The notes beneath the pieces were generated by a model. It was given only the letters and a program-made list of their open reading frames with translations, made no database searches and was not told where the DNA came from. Below are positions 19,526-28,578 of a stretch of DNA of 62,856 bases, in pieces (the stretch's first letter is position 1; each line of letters starts with the position of its first letter). Source of the DNA: an uncultured Gammaproteobacteria bacterium (GTDB taxonomy: Bacteria > Patescibacteriota > Patescibacteriia > GCA-002772895). The stretch lies in contig CAZFZQ010000001.1 of the NCBI GenBank assembly GCA_964522845.1, forward strand, positions 6,559 to 69,414, given 5' to 3'. A program made the position numbers and the translations under genes.

Positions 19526-21490
19526 ATGGTTACCTTTGTTAGTTTAATATTTTTTTTCGGCATTATTTTCTTTTTTGGCTGGCAGTTGGCCATTTTTTTG
19601 CTTAAAGAAAATAGGATCTATGTTTTATTACCCTTTGCGGAATTGCTGGGTGTTTGCGGTTATGTTTTTTTGTTGAATGCTTTAGCTTATTTTATTGACA
19701 TACGGATTTCTTTTTATTTGGTTTTGGGCTTGCTACTGGTTTTGGGATTATTATTTTTACTTTTAAATCGCGGCTGTCAACACTTAAATTTGGGTTTACC
19801 GAAAAAGCAATTTTTAGCAGTTGGTATAATCGCCGTAATTATAATGCTAAGTTCGGGTTTTGTGGCGTTGAGAGCCTTGGAATATGACGATGTGGCCGTA
19901 GGCCACATCAATTTAGCCCCAACAATCAGCGAGGGAAATTTTCCTGTTCGCAACGTTCTTGATCCATCAAACTTATTTGCATATCATTATGCTCCGGATT
20001 TATTTACCGCGGCAATTTTTAGAATAACTAATTTGTCCGTTGAATTTGGCTATGATGTTCAGATGTTTATTTTTTCCGGCCTTATATTTTTGATGGGCTT
20101 CTTATTGATTTATGAATTTACGAACAGTTCTTTTTTGGGGATAGGAGCTTCTTTTTTAATGTTATTTGGTGGCGGGTTTACTTTTGTAAATTTTTTTAAA
20201 GGTTTTTTCGGCCTGTACCAAAAAATTATTTTACATCAACAAGCTTATGCGCCGTGGAAATTTTTAAGTTCAGCCATTAACGCCAATTTATTCAACCCCT
20301 TGATCGCCAATATTCATAATCACAGCGGAGCCATGGGCGTGCCCATGGTTTTGGGAATAGTTTATTTATATTTTAAAGCAATAAAAAATGATCAATATTG
20401 GTTGAGAATTACTATTTTAAGCGGAGTTTTATTCGGTTTTTTAGCTTTAAGCATTGAAACATATTTTGCTGTTTTATTCGTCGTTTTTTTGATTTATCCA
20501 TTCTTAATTTTTATATTTCGAAGAGATCGAAGCCAATTTAAAAAAAATATTAAGGTTTCCGCGATTACTTTATTGATTGGCGTTCCGATAGCTCTGATCC
20601 AAGGAGGGGTAATCACCGAATATATCCGGGGGGGTTTTATTTTGAAGTTATTTTCTTTAGGCGGAACTTCCTCATCAAACTTATTGAAAGAAATGACGGC
20701 GTTATCTTCCTTTGGTGCGTTTGATTTGTTTATGAATTTTGGATTTTTATTGTTGTTATTTCCTTTTGCCGTGTTTTATTTGAAAAGATACCATTATGAA
20801 CTGTTATTTTTCATCTTGATTATTATAATTTCTTTTTCTGCGCCATTTTTGGTTCAATATTCTTTTGCCGCGGCACTGAAAAGATTATTTTTTTTAACTT
20901 TGGCATTTTTAGGTCTAGTGGACGGGCTGTTTTTGGGTCGGTTGATTTTAAAATTTAAAGAAGAGAGGAGAATAAAAATGATGAAATTAATCGGAGTTGT
21001 TTTATTTTTTAGTGTCTTAAGCGGGTTGATTTGGCAAATTGCTTATATAGCATTTCCAATAGGGGACATCGGCAAAAATAAACCACTTTTAGGGCGCGCA
21101 ACGCAAATGCCGGAAATTGAAAAACAAGCTGATCTATGGATAAAAAAGAATACATCCATAAAGGACATTTTTTTCGTTTATTATAAAAAATCAATTTTTA
21201 ATTATTCTACGACGGAATTTTCCGCTCTTCATGGCCGTTTTGCGCCAATGGAAATTTTTAGAGGCGCGGAGAGCCAAACTCAAATGTATGTAGAGGCGCC
21301 TGAATACCATCAATCCGTAAAAGATTGCGACTCGGAGTTTTTTGGGTATCATAAGATAAAATATATTTATATTACGCCTCAGTGGCCGGAAGGCTTGGAG
21401 GAAACTTGTAAGAAAAAACACATTCTTGAGTTGAGATATGAGTTAAAAAAAGGAAATGACCTTAGAAGAATCTATGAAATTAAATCTTGA
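19526..21490 (+). CDS. large polytopic membrane protein (possible GT-C or polymerase-like)
   Basis: 654 aa with >12 hydrophobic helices, an acidic loop LEYDD after the early helices, and a soluble C-terminal ~130 aa. Confidence 0.5.
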   Translation: MVTFVSLIFFFGIIFFFGWQLAIFLLKENRIYVLLPFAELLGVCGYVFLLNALAYFIDIRISFYLVLGLLLVLGLLFLLLNRGCQHLNLGLPKKQFLAVGIIAVIIMLSSGFVALRALEYDDVAVGHINLAPTISEGNFPVRNVLDPSNLFAYHYAPDLFTAAIFRITNLSVEFGYDVQMFIFSGLIFLMGFLLIYEFTNSSFLGIGASFLMLFGGGFTFVNFFKGFFGLYQKIILHQQAYAPWKFLSSAINANLFNPLIANIHNHSGAMGVPMVLGIVYLYFKAIKNDQYWLRITILSGVLFGFLALSIETYFAVLFVVFLIYPFLIFIFRRDRSQFKKNIKVSAITLLIGVPIALIQGGVITEYIRGGFILKLFSLGGTSSSNLLKEMTALSSFGAFDLFMNFGFLLLLFPFAVFYLKRYHYELLFFILIIIISFSAPFLVQYSFAAALKRLFFLTLAFLGLVDGLFLGRLILKFKEERRIKMMKLIGVVLFFSVLSGLIWQIAYIAFPIGDIGKNKPLLGRATQMPEIEKQADLWIKKNTSIKDIFFVYYKKSIFNYSTTEFSALHGRFAPMEIFRGAESQTQMYVEAPEYHQSVKDCDSEFFGYHKIKYIYITPQWPEGLEETCKKKHILELRYELKKGNDLRRIYEIKS

Positions 21491-22365
21491 TGAATAATTT
21501 TTTTATGAAAGGCGTTTTGAGAAATAAATTGATTTGTTTAAAATGCGGGGCTGTTTTATCGGATGATAATAAAAGAATTGTTTGTCCCCATTGTCAGACA
21601 GCGTATCAACGTCGTGGCGATGCTATAATATTATCTCCATTTAAAGAATCTTTTTTTCTCAATAAAGACAGTTCTAATGGTATTGTTGACAAACTTAAAA
21701 ATTTTTTTAAAAAATTCCCCAGTTTATATAAAATTTTTTATTATTGTTTTGGATCTTTTTTAGTTGGAAAATCGATCAAATCTTTATTGAATAACATTCC
21801 GGAAGGAAATTTAATTTTAAATTTAGGGTCAGGCTTTAAAATAATTAGAAAAGATGTTATTAACGTGGATTCGTTCCCGTTCAAGGGTGTTGATGTGGTG
21901 GCGGACATAAAAAAAATACCATTTTTAGACGATTCCGTTGATTTTATAATTTGCGACGCCGTCTTGGAGCATATTGACGAACCTGACGCGGTAATTAAGG
22001 AGATGTCAAGAGTTTTGAGGCCCGGCGGCTTAGTTTATGTAACAATACCATTTATTTTTGGGTTTCATAGCTGTCCGGAAGATTATTATCGTTGGACCGA
22101 AAGCGGTTTGAGAGCTAGAATGAAAGATTTTTGCAAAGCGGAAGTTGGCGTCTGCGTTGGTCCGAGCTCTGCAATGGTGTTTATACTTTCCGAATGGTTG
22201 GCAATTATTTTATCTTTCGGCATAAAGAGAATCTATGAATCATTGATAATATTATTTTTAATAGTTCTATCCCCGCTAAAATTATTAGATTTTTTTTATT
22301 ATAAGTACCCGCCGTCCAAAAATATTGCCGCTGGATTTTATTTCATAGGTTATAAGCAAGATTAA
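21490..22365 (+). CDS. class I SAM methyltransferase with an N-terminal zinc-ribbon and a hydrophobic C-terminal tail
   Basis: CLKCG...CPHCQ ribbon, then LNLGSG, CDAVLEHI and LRPGG. The C-terminal 90 aa align with 10545..11237. The ATG overlaps the upstream TGA by 1 nt. Confidence 0.75.
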   Translation: MNNFFMKGVLRNKLICLKCGAVLSDDNKRIVCPHCQTAYQRRGDAIILSPFKESFFLNKDSSNGIVDKLKNFFKKFPSLYKIFYYCFGSFLVGKSIKSLLNNIPEGNLILNLGSGFKIIRKDVINVDSFPFKGVDVVADIKKIPFLDDSVDFIICDAVLEHIDEPDAVIKEMSRVLRPGGLVYVTIPFIFGFHSCPEDYYRWTESGLRARMKDFCKAEVGVCVGPSSAMVFILSEWLAIILSFGIKRIYESLIILFLIVLSPLKLLDFFYYKYPPSKNIAAGFYFIGYKQD

Positions 22366-22375
22366 AATATATTTT

Positions 22376-23062
22376 ATGCAACAACGTCCAGCTGATTTTG
22401 AAAAATGGAACGAAGAGATGGCTATTAAATATAATCCTGACAATTATCATAATAGTAATAATTTTTTAATTCGATGGATTGAAAGAGCGAGGGCAAGGGC
22501 GATTATAAAATCGTTAGATGTTAAAGATGGTGATAAAGTTTTGGATTTGGGTTGCGGCGCGGGTAATATGTTGGCGCAGATTAACGGGGGCGAACTTTAT
22601 GGAGTGGATATTTCGGATTTTCTTTTAAATATTGCGCAAAACAGAAATTATCAACGTCCAGTCGCTTTTATAAGGGGCGATGTTGAAAATTTACCATTGG
22701 AAATTTCGTGCAGAAAATATGATAAGATTTTTTGCAGCGAGGTTTTGGAGCATGTTTTGCATCCGGAAAAAGTAGTTGATGAAATTTTGAAAGTGAGCCA
22801 TCAAGATACGGTGATAGTTTTTTCTGTGCCTAATGAGAAACTGATAAATAATATAAAATCCGTATTTTTAAAATTACGCGTATTTAATTTCTTTTTTCCA
22901 AAAATTTCTAAACACATGACGGACGAATGGCATTTGAGGGAAGCTGATAAGAAATTTTTAAATGGAATATCTGAAAATAAATTAGTTTGTCACAAAATTG
23001 AGGGCATTCCTTTTAGTTTTTTACCATTGCATTTTGTGGCTAAATATTTGGTCAAGAGATGA
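22376..23062 (+). CDS. class I SAM-dependent methyltransferase
   Basis: VLDLGCGAGN, VDISDFL, CSEVLEHV. Confidence 0.8.
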   Translation: MQQRPADFEKWNEEMAIKYNPDNYHNSNNFLIRWIERARARAIIKSLDVKDGDKVLDLGCGAGNMLAQINGGELYGVDISDFLLNIAQNRNYQRPVAFIRGDVENLPLEISCRKYDKIFCSEVLEHVLHPEKVVDEILKVSHQDTVIVFSVPNEKLINNIKSVFLKLRVFNFFFPKISKHMTDEWHLREADKKFLNGISENKLVCHKIEGIPFSFLPLHFVAKYLVKR

Positions 23063-23092
23063 ACGCACTACGGTTGTTTTATGGCGCAATAA

Positions 23093-24478
23093 GTGGTACA
23101 ATTAAACCCGCTATATATTATGTCATTAGCCGGAAAAATCGGAAAAAATACGGGTATAAAATACGCCCAATCGATCGCTAATATTATTTTTGGCGCGCTG
23201 GCAGGTTATGTTACCTTACGCTATCTGACTGTGCCGCAATTTGGCGCGTTCGCTCTGGCCTTATCGTTCGCCTGGGTGGTTTTACCGTGGATCGATTTGG
23301 GTATCAGCCAGGTTGTTGTCGCGGATGCGGCCGGATATTTCGGGCGGAAAGAAATGGATAAAGTGAAAAGGCTGTTCCGCGGCTTTACATTTTTAAAATT
23401 ATTTTTTGGCGCCATTGTTGCCATAGCCGGTTTGATTTTTTCTTTTTTCTTGAAATATGACGCGCAATTTATTTTGCTTCTGCGGTTGTCCGCCATTTTT
23501 GTTTTTATTCAATGTGTGAGAAGCATCGTTATAACTGTTTTTGAAAGTTTCTCGCGATTTTTTTATTCGGCAGTTTTGAACATCTTGGAATCGTTTTTCA
23601 AACTTGCCGCCATTTTTGTTTTTATTTTTTTGTTGAAAATGCAAGCCGAGGGCGTAATTTTGTCTTATATTTTTTCCACGTTTTTGGCGATCGTATTTTC
23701 TCTGCCGTTTTTTATAAAAGTTATTTTACCGTTTAGAAAAATTATCACATCGCCCGAACCGATATTCAAAAAACTTATTTTTGAACATGGAAAATTTCAA
23801 GCCTTTTCCCAGCCGATAAAGGCTTTGTCGGACAATTTCCAACTGTGGTATATCGGCTGGTCTTTAAATACTTCGGCGGTGGGGTTATATCGTTTAGCTT
23901 CTCAGCTTTTTAATTATATTTCGCTTTTGCCCGCCGTTTCGGAATCAGTTTTAATGCCGATTTTTTCCGAAGAAATGGGATCACGGCCGGGAAAAACGGG
24001 TTTTATAGTTCAGCGAGTCAGTAAATATTTGTTCTGGCTGTCTGTACCGCTCACTCTCGGAGGTTTTTTTGCCGTGCCGCCGGTTTTGTATTTTCTTTTT
24101 GGAACAAAATATAATGCGGCCATGCCCGTTTTTTATATGATGCTCATTTCTTTGCCGGCTATCGCCCTGGGGACCAGTTTGCGTCCGGCATTTTTTGCGT
24201 TTAAAGATCAAAAAACAATTTTAAAGATTCATCTCTGGACGATTTTTGTTTCCTATCCAATTGCCATACTCTGTTCTCTGCGATGGGGACTTCTTGGTTT
24301 TAGTGTTGTCGCGCCTGTTTCAGCCGCCAGTTCGCTTTTTTTCAGAATTTATTATTTGCGGAAAAGGATCAGCGGCCCGATTTTTACAGTAAAAAGTTTT
24401 TTTTCTTTTGACAGGTATGATAGCTTGCTGGCAAGAAGAATTTTTTTTGCCATAAAAAATAAGAAACTAATATCCTAA
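23093..24478 (+). CDS. Wzx-like (MOP superfamily) polysaccharide flippase candidate
   Basis: ~450 aa with 12-14 hydrophobic helices, in a glycan-locus context. GTG start; an alternative ATG lies at 23120. Confidence 0.6.
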   Translation: MVQLNPLYIMSLAGKIGKNTGIKYAQSIANIIFGALAGYVTLRYLTVPQFGAFALALSFAWVVLPWIDLGISQVVVADAAGYFGRKEMDKVKRLFRGFTFLKLFFGAIVAIAGLIFSFFLKYDAQFILLLRLSAIFVFIQCVRSIVITVFESFSRFFYSAVLNILESFFKLAAIFVFIFLLKMQAEGVILSYIFSTFLAIVFSLPFFIKVILPFRKIITSPEPIFKKLIFEHGKFQAFSQPIKALSDNFQLWYIGWSLNTSAVGLYRLASQLFNYISLLPAVSESVLMPIFSEEMGSRPGKTGFIVQRVSKYLFWLSVPLTLGGFFAVPPVLYFLFGTKYNAAMPVFYMMLISLPAIALGTSLRPAFFAFKDQKTILKIHLWTIFVSYPIAILCSLRWGLLGFSVVAPVSAASSLFFRIYYLRKRISGPIFTVKSFFSFDRYDSLLARRIFFAIKNKKLIS

Positions 24479-24479
24479 T

Positions 24480-25085
24480 ATGCAGACAACGTCTGAAGTA
24501 ACACAATATTTATCAAAATATATAAGCGGGAGAACGCTTGATTTTGGCGCAGGCGGTGCCAAATATCGCGATATAATCAAGAGAAATGCAAACGAGTATA
24601 TCGCTTTTGATATGATGCCGGGAAAAAATATTGATGTCGTGGGCGACGTAATGAGCGCGCCATTTGCTGCGGCTGAATTTGACACCGTTATTTCCACGCA
24701 AGTGCTGGAGCATGTGGAAAAGCCGTGGATAATGATCGGCGAAATAAGCCGTATCTTGAAATCCGGCGGGAAGTGCATTTTGACCGCGCCATTTTTACAG
24801 CCGTATCACAATGACCCTGGAGATTATTTTCGTTATACGAAAGATGGCATGGCGTCTCTTTTTAAAAATAGCGGATTTAAAATCGTGGAATGCGGCAGTT
24901 ATGGGAAAATTTTTACCGTTTTGTCCGAATTTATTAAGTTTATTTATTTTGATCCTTATAAAAAACAGAAAAAAGGCGCGCCGCGCATTTTGGTTTTTTT
25001 GCTAAAAATGGCGAGATTTCTTGACAAGTATGCGAAAAATGATAAGATTTATTCCAATGTATATATTGTGGCCGAGAAATTGTAA
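24480..25085 (+). CDS. class I SAM methyltransferase (Methyltransf_11-like)
   Basis: TLDFGAGG, STQVLEHV, LKSGG. Confidence 0.75.
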   Translation: MQTTSEVTQYLSKYISGRTLDFGAGGAKYRDIIKRNANEYIAFDMMPGKNIDVVGDVMSAPFAAAEFDTVISTQVLEHVEKPWIMIGEISRILKSGGKCILTAPFLQPYHNDPGDYFRYTKDGMASLFKNSGFKIVECGSYGKIFTVLSEFIKFIYFDPYKKQKKGAPRILVFLLKMARFLDKYAKNDKIYSNVYIVAEKL

Positions 25086-25088
25086 ATT

Positions 25089-26312
25089 ATGAAAATCGCC
25101 ATTCTACAAGATGAAATGCCGTGGGATTCCGTTGGCGGGGCCGGCGTGGTTGCGCTTGATTTAGCTAAAGCATTGTGCCATCGCGGGCACGATGTTTTTG
25201 TTATTTGCGCCACGCACAGAGATGTGCCTGAATATGAAGAAAGAGGCGGCTTGAGAATATACAATATTAAAAACAGGCCATTTGGTTTTTTAAGATATTA
25301 TTTTTGCCTATATAATCCGCAGATCGTGCCAAAAATCCGTAAGATTTTTGAAAAAGAAAAACCGGATGTTGTTCATTGCCATAATTTGCATTCCGCCTTG
25401 TCGTACCATTCTTTGAAAATCGCCAAAAAAATCGCCAAAAAAATTTTTATTACCACGCATGACGCAATGATGTTTAATTACGGAAAATTGGCCAGTGCAA
25501 GATATTTAAAAAATTTTGATTGTCGGGCGTCTTGGATTGATAACTTTAAAACAGCGGGGAAGCAATATAATCCGCTGCGCAATATTTTAATCAAACATTA
25601 TTTAAAATATGCGGACAAAATTTTTGCAGTCAGCCACGCGCTCGCGGACGCTTTGAATCAAAACGGAATTAAAAATATAGCCGTTGTTTATAATGGCGTG
25701 GACATAGGCTCCTTTCGTGCCGAAGAAGATGATGTTAAAAATTTTAAAAAACATCATAACCTGGAGGGGAAAAAAATTATTTTTTTTGCGGCCAGAATCA
25801 GCCGGGAAAAAGGGCCGGAAACATTATTGCGGGCATTGCCTCATATCTTAAGACGGATTCCTAATGCTGTTTTGCTTATCGCCGGCGACGGCAACGAATC
25901 GTATGTAAAAATTTTGAAAAATATTGCCGCCTCCGCCGGCTTGGAAAATGCCGTTTTGTTTTTAGGCAGAGTTCCTTATGAAGAAATAGACAAATTTTAT
26001 TTTATTGCCGATGTCGCGGTGACGCCGTCAATTTATTTGGATCCGTTTAATTTGACGAATATTGCGGCTATGGCCGCAAAAAAACCGGTCGTGGGCACCT
26101 GCTACGGCGGCACTCCGGAAATTGTTTTAGATGGAAAAACCGGTTTCATAATCAATCCTTTTAATATAGAAATCATGGCTGAAAAAATTTCCAATTTGTT
26201 GGAAGATGAACAATTGTCCGAAGCGTTCGGTGCGGAAGGAAATAAAAGAGTAAAAGAAAAATTTTCTTTGGAAAAGCAGGTTGATGAAACCTTGCGATAT
26301 TATAATGAATAG
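25089..26312 (+). CDS. GT4 (group 1) glycosyltransferase
   Basis: MKIAILQDE...GGAGVVALDLAKAL at the N-terminus. C-terminal region NIAAMAAKKPVVGT..GGTPEIVLDGKTGFII. Confidence 0.85.
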   Translation: MKIAILQDEMPWDSVGGAGVVALDLAKALCHRGHDVFVICATHRDVPEYEERGGLRIYNIKNRPFGFLRYYFCLYNPQIVPKIRKIFEKEKPDVVHCHNLHSALSYHSLKIAKKIAKKIFITTHDAMMFNYGKLASARYLKNFDCRASWIDNFKTAGKQYNPLRNILIKHYLKYADKIFAVSHALADALNQNGIKNIAVVYNGVDIGSFRAEEDDVKNFKKHHNLEGKKIIFFAARISREKGPETLLRALPHILRRIPNAVLLIAGDGNESYVKILKNIAASAGLENAVLFLGRVPYEEIDKFYFIADVAVTPSIYLDPFNLTNIAAMAAKKPVVGTCYGGTPEIVLDGKTGFIINPFNIEIMAEKISNLLEDEQLSEAFGAEGNKRVKEKFSLEKQVDETLRYYNE

Positions 26313-26315
26313 TTT

Positions 26316-27770
26316 ATGTCTGATGTAATTTTATTTTTTCCGAAAGTCAAAGAAGATGGTTCATCGGCTTTTTTGCCGGCCAATCTTTTAATGGTGGCCG
26401 CGCCGCTCGTGGCAAAAGGGGTGTCTGTTAAAATTATCGATCAGCGCACGGATGAAAACTGGCGCGAGATATTATTGGAAGAATTGAAACGAGAGCCGCT
26501 TGTTGCCGGCTTCACGTCTCTTACGGGCAAGCAGTTGCTCTACGCGCTTGAGGCGAGCAAAATCGTCAGAGAAAACAGCCGGGCGAAAATTGTCTGGGGC
26601 GGCATTCACGCTTCTCTTTTACCGGAGCAGACGCTCGAGAACGGCTGCATTGATATAGTGGTCGTGGGAGAGGGCGAGGAAACATTCAGCGAGCTTTACG
26701 GCCGGCTGAAAGACGGGCGTCCGTACGAAGATGTTTTGGGGTTGGCATATAGGAAAGACGGAAAAATTTTTGTAAATCCCCCAAGGAGTTTTATCAATTT
26801 GGATTCATTGCCGGAATTGCCGTATCATTTGATTAAAATGGAAAAGTATATCAGTTCAAAATCTTTCGCTTCCGGCCGGCCGGCAAAAAATATTTTTTTC
26901 TTTACCAGCCGCGGTTGTCCGCATCATTGCGGATTTTGTTACAACGAGGGCTTCAACAAGAGGCGGTGGCGGGGGATGAGCGCGGAACGGACTTTCAAAG
27001 AAATTAAGCGGCTGTATGATGAGTATGGCGTTACGGCTTTCGATATAGAAGATGATGAATTTTTTACTGATTTGGCGCGCGTAAAAAAGTTTTGCGGATT
27101 GGTTATCCAAAACAATTTGAAGATTGAAATTTTTACTTCCTGCCGCCTGAATTATTTAGACAGAATGGATGATGATTATTTGGAATTGATAAAAAAAGCC
27201 GGTTTCTTGATACTATCTTTTGGCGTGGAAACCGGATCGGAGAGAATGCTAAAATTTGTGGATAAGGATATCACAATAGAACAGGTTCTGCGCGGTGTTG
27301 CCCGCCTGCAAAAAGCCGGCATCGGTTCAAAATATTATTTTATGGTCGGTTTTCCCACGGAGACGATAGAAGATATGTATGCGACAACGGATTTAATGCA
27401 AAAAATGAAACAAATTTCACCGGGCATCCGCATTCCGCAATGGCGCGTTTATGCGCCGTATGCCGGTACATTGCTTTACATCTTAAGCCAGGAACACGGT
27501 TTTGTGCCGCCGGTTTCCATTGCGGAGTGGTCAAAGTTTGAATACTCCGTTATCAATACGCCGTGGATTACTCCAAAAATGCGGCGGATTGTGGAAAATG
27601 TTATTTTTCTGTTAAAATATTTGGAGGTAGACAAGAGTGATGGACCAGCATGGCTGACCAAGCTTTACAGTAAAACAATCAATTGGCGATGGAAGCGGCA
27701 TTGGCTCGGTTTTGTGCCGGAGAAAAAAATAATTGAAAAAATTTTATCATTAAAATACGGAGGAAGATAA
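26316..27770 (+). CDS. B12-binding-domain radical SAM protein
   Basis: The N-terminus looks like a flavodoxin/B12-type domain. Cluster CPHHCGFC. IEDDEF and FGVETGS motifs. Confidence 0.85.
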   Translation: MSDVILFFPKVKEDGSSAFLPANLLMVAAPLVAKGVSVKIIDQRTDENWREILLEELKREPLVAGFTSLTGKQLLYALEASKIVRENSRAKIVWGGIHASLLPEQTLENGCIDIVVVGEGEETFSELYGRLKDGRPYEDVLGLAYRKDGKIFVNPPRSFINLDSLPELPYHLIKMEKYISSKSFASGRPAKNIFFFTSRGCPHHCGFCYNEGFNKRRWRGMSAERTFKEIKRLYDEYGVTAFDIEDDEFFTDLARVKKFCGLVIQNNLKIEIFTSCRLNYLDRMDDDYLELIKKAGFLILSFGVETGSERMLKFVDKDITIEQVLRGVARLQKAGIGSKYYFMVGFPTETIEDMYATTDLMQKMKQISPGIRIPQWRVYAPYAGTLLYILSQEHGFVPPVSIAEWSKFEYSVINTPWITPKMRRIVENVIFLLKYLEVDKSDGPAWLTKLYSKTINWRWKRHWLGFVPEKKIIEKILSLKYGGR

Positions 27771-27771
27771 T

Positions 27772-28575
27772 ATGAAAGATTACAAAGTCGGCATAATGGG
27801 GATAGGTATGGTGGGGGGAGCTACGGCGCGTTATTTTGAATCAAAAGGCATAAAACCGTTTCTTTATGATCCGCCGCGGGGCTTGGATTCCAAAGAAGAA
27901 ATCAACAAGGCGGAAATGGTTTTTATTTGCGTGCCTACGCCTTATGACGATGAGAAGGGCGGTTTTGACTTATCTTTTGTCAGGCAGGCAATTTCTATTT
28001 TAAACGGAGAAAAAATTGTTGTTTTGAAATCAACGATTTTGCCCGGCTCAACCGATGATTTGCAGGCCGAATTTCCTCAGCATAAGATTTTATTTAATCC
28101 GGAATTTTTGACCGAAGTCACGGCGGATCAAGATATGAAATTTCCCGACCGCCAGATTGTGGGCTATACGGAAAAAAGTTTTAATGTAGCCAAGGATTTG
28201 ATGTTGCTTTTGCCGCTCGCGCCTTTTGAAAGAATCGTTCCGGCTAAGGTTGCGGAAATTGTAAAATATTTTAATAATACATGGTTCGCGACCAAAGTTA
28301 TTTTTGCCAATCAGGTTTATGATGTTTGTGGAAAATTAAACGCGGATTACGATTTAATCGCCGAATGCGCGTCAGCGGACAAACGCGTTGGGCCATCGCA
28401 TTTGCAAGTTTTACATAAAGGGTATCGGGGTTACGGCGGCAAGTGTTTGCCCAAGGATACGCGCGCTTTCATTCAGCTGGGCGAACGTTTGGGAGTGGAT
28501 TTGAAATTATTAAAAATGGTTGAGGAAATTAATAATGATTTGATTGGCAAACAAGGAATGAACGGAAAAATTTAA
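27772..28575 (+). CDS. UDP-glucose/GDP-mannose dehydrogenase-family protein, short form (no C-terminal UDP-binding domain)
   Basis: Rossmann motif GIMGIGMVGG, NPEFLTE, and catalytic-Cys motif GGKCLPKD. It is only 267 aa. Confidence 0.7.
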   Translation: MKDYKVGIMGIGMVGGATARYFESKGIKPFLYDPPRGLDSKEEINKAEMVFICVPTPYDDEKGGFDLSFVRQAISILNGEKIVVLKSTILPGSTDDLQAEFPQHKILFNPEFLTEVTADQDMKFPDRQIVGYTEKSFNVAKDLMLLLPLAPFERIVPAKVAEIVKYFNNTWFATKVIFANQVYDVCGKLNADYDLIAECASADKRVGPSHLQVLHKGYRGYGGKCLPKDTRAFIQLGERLGVDLKLLKMVEEINNDLIGKQGMNGKI

Positions 28576-28578
28576 ATT

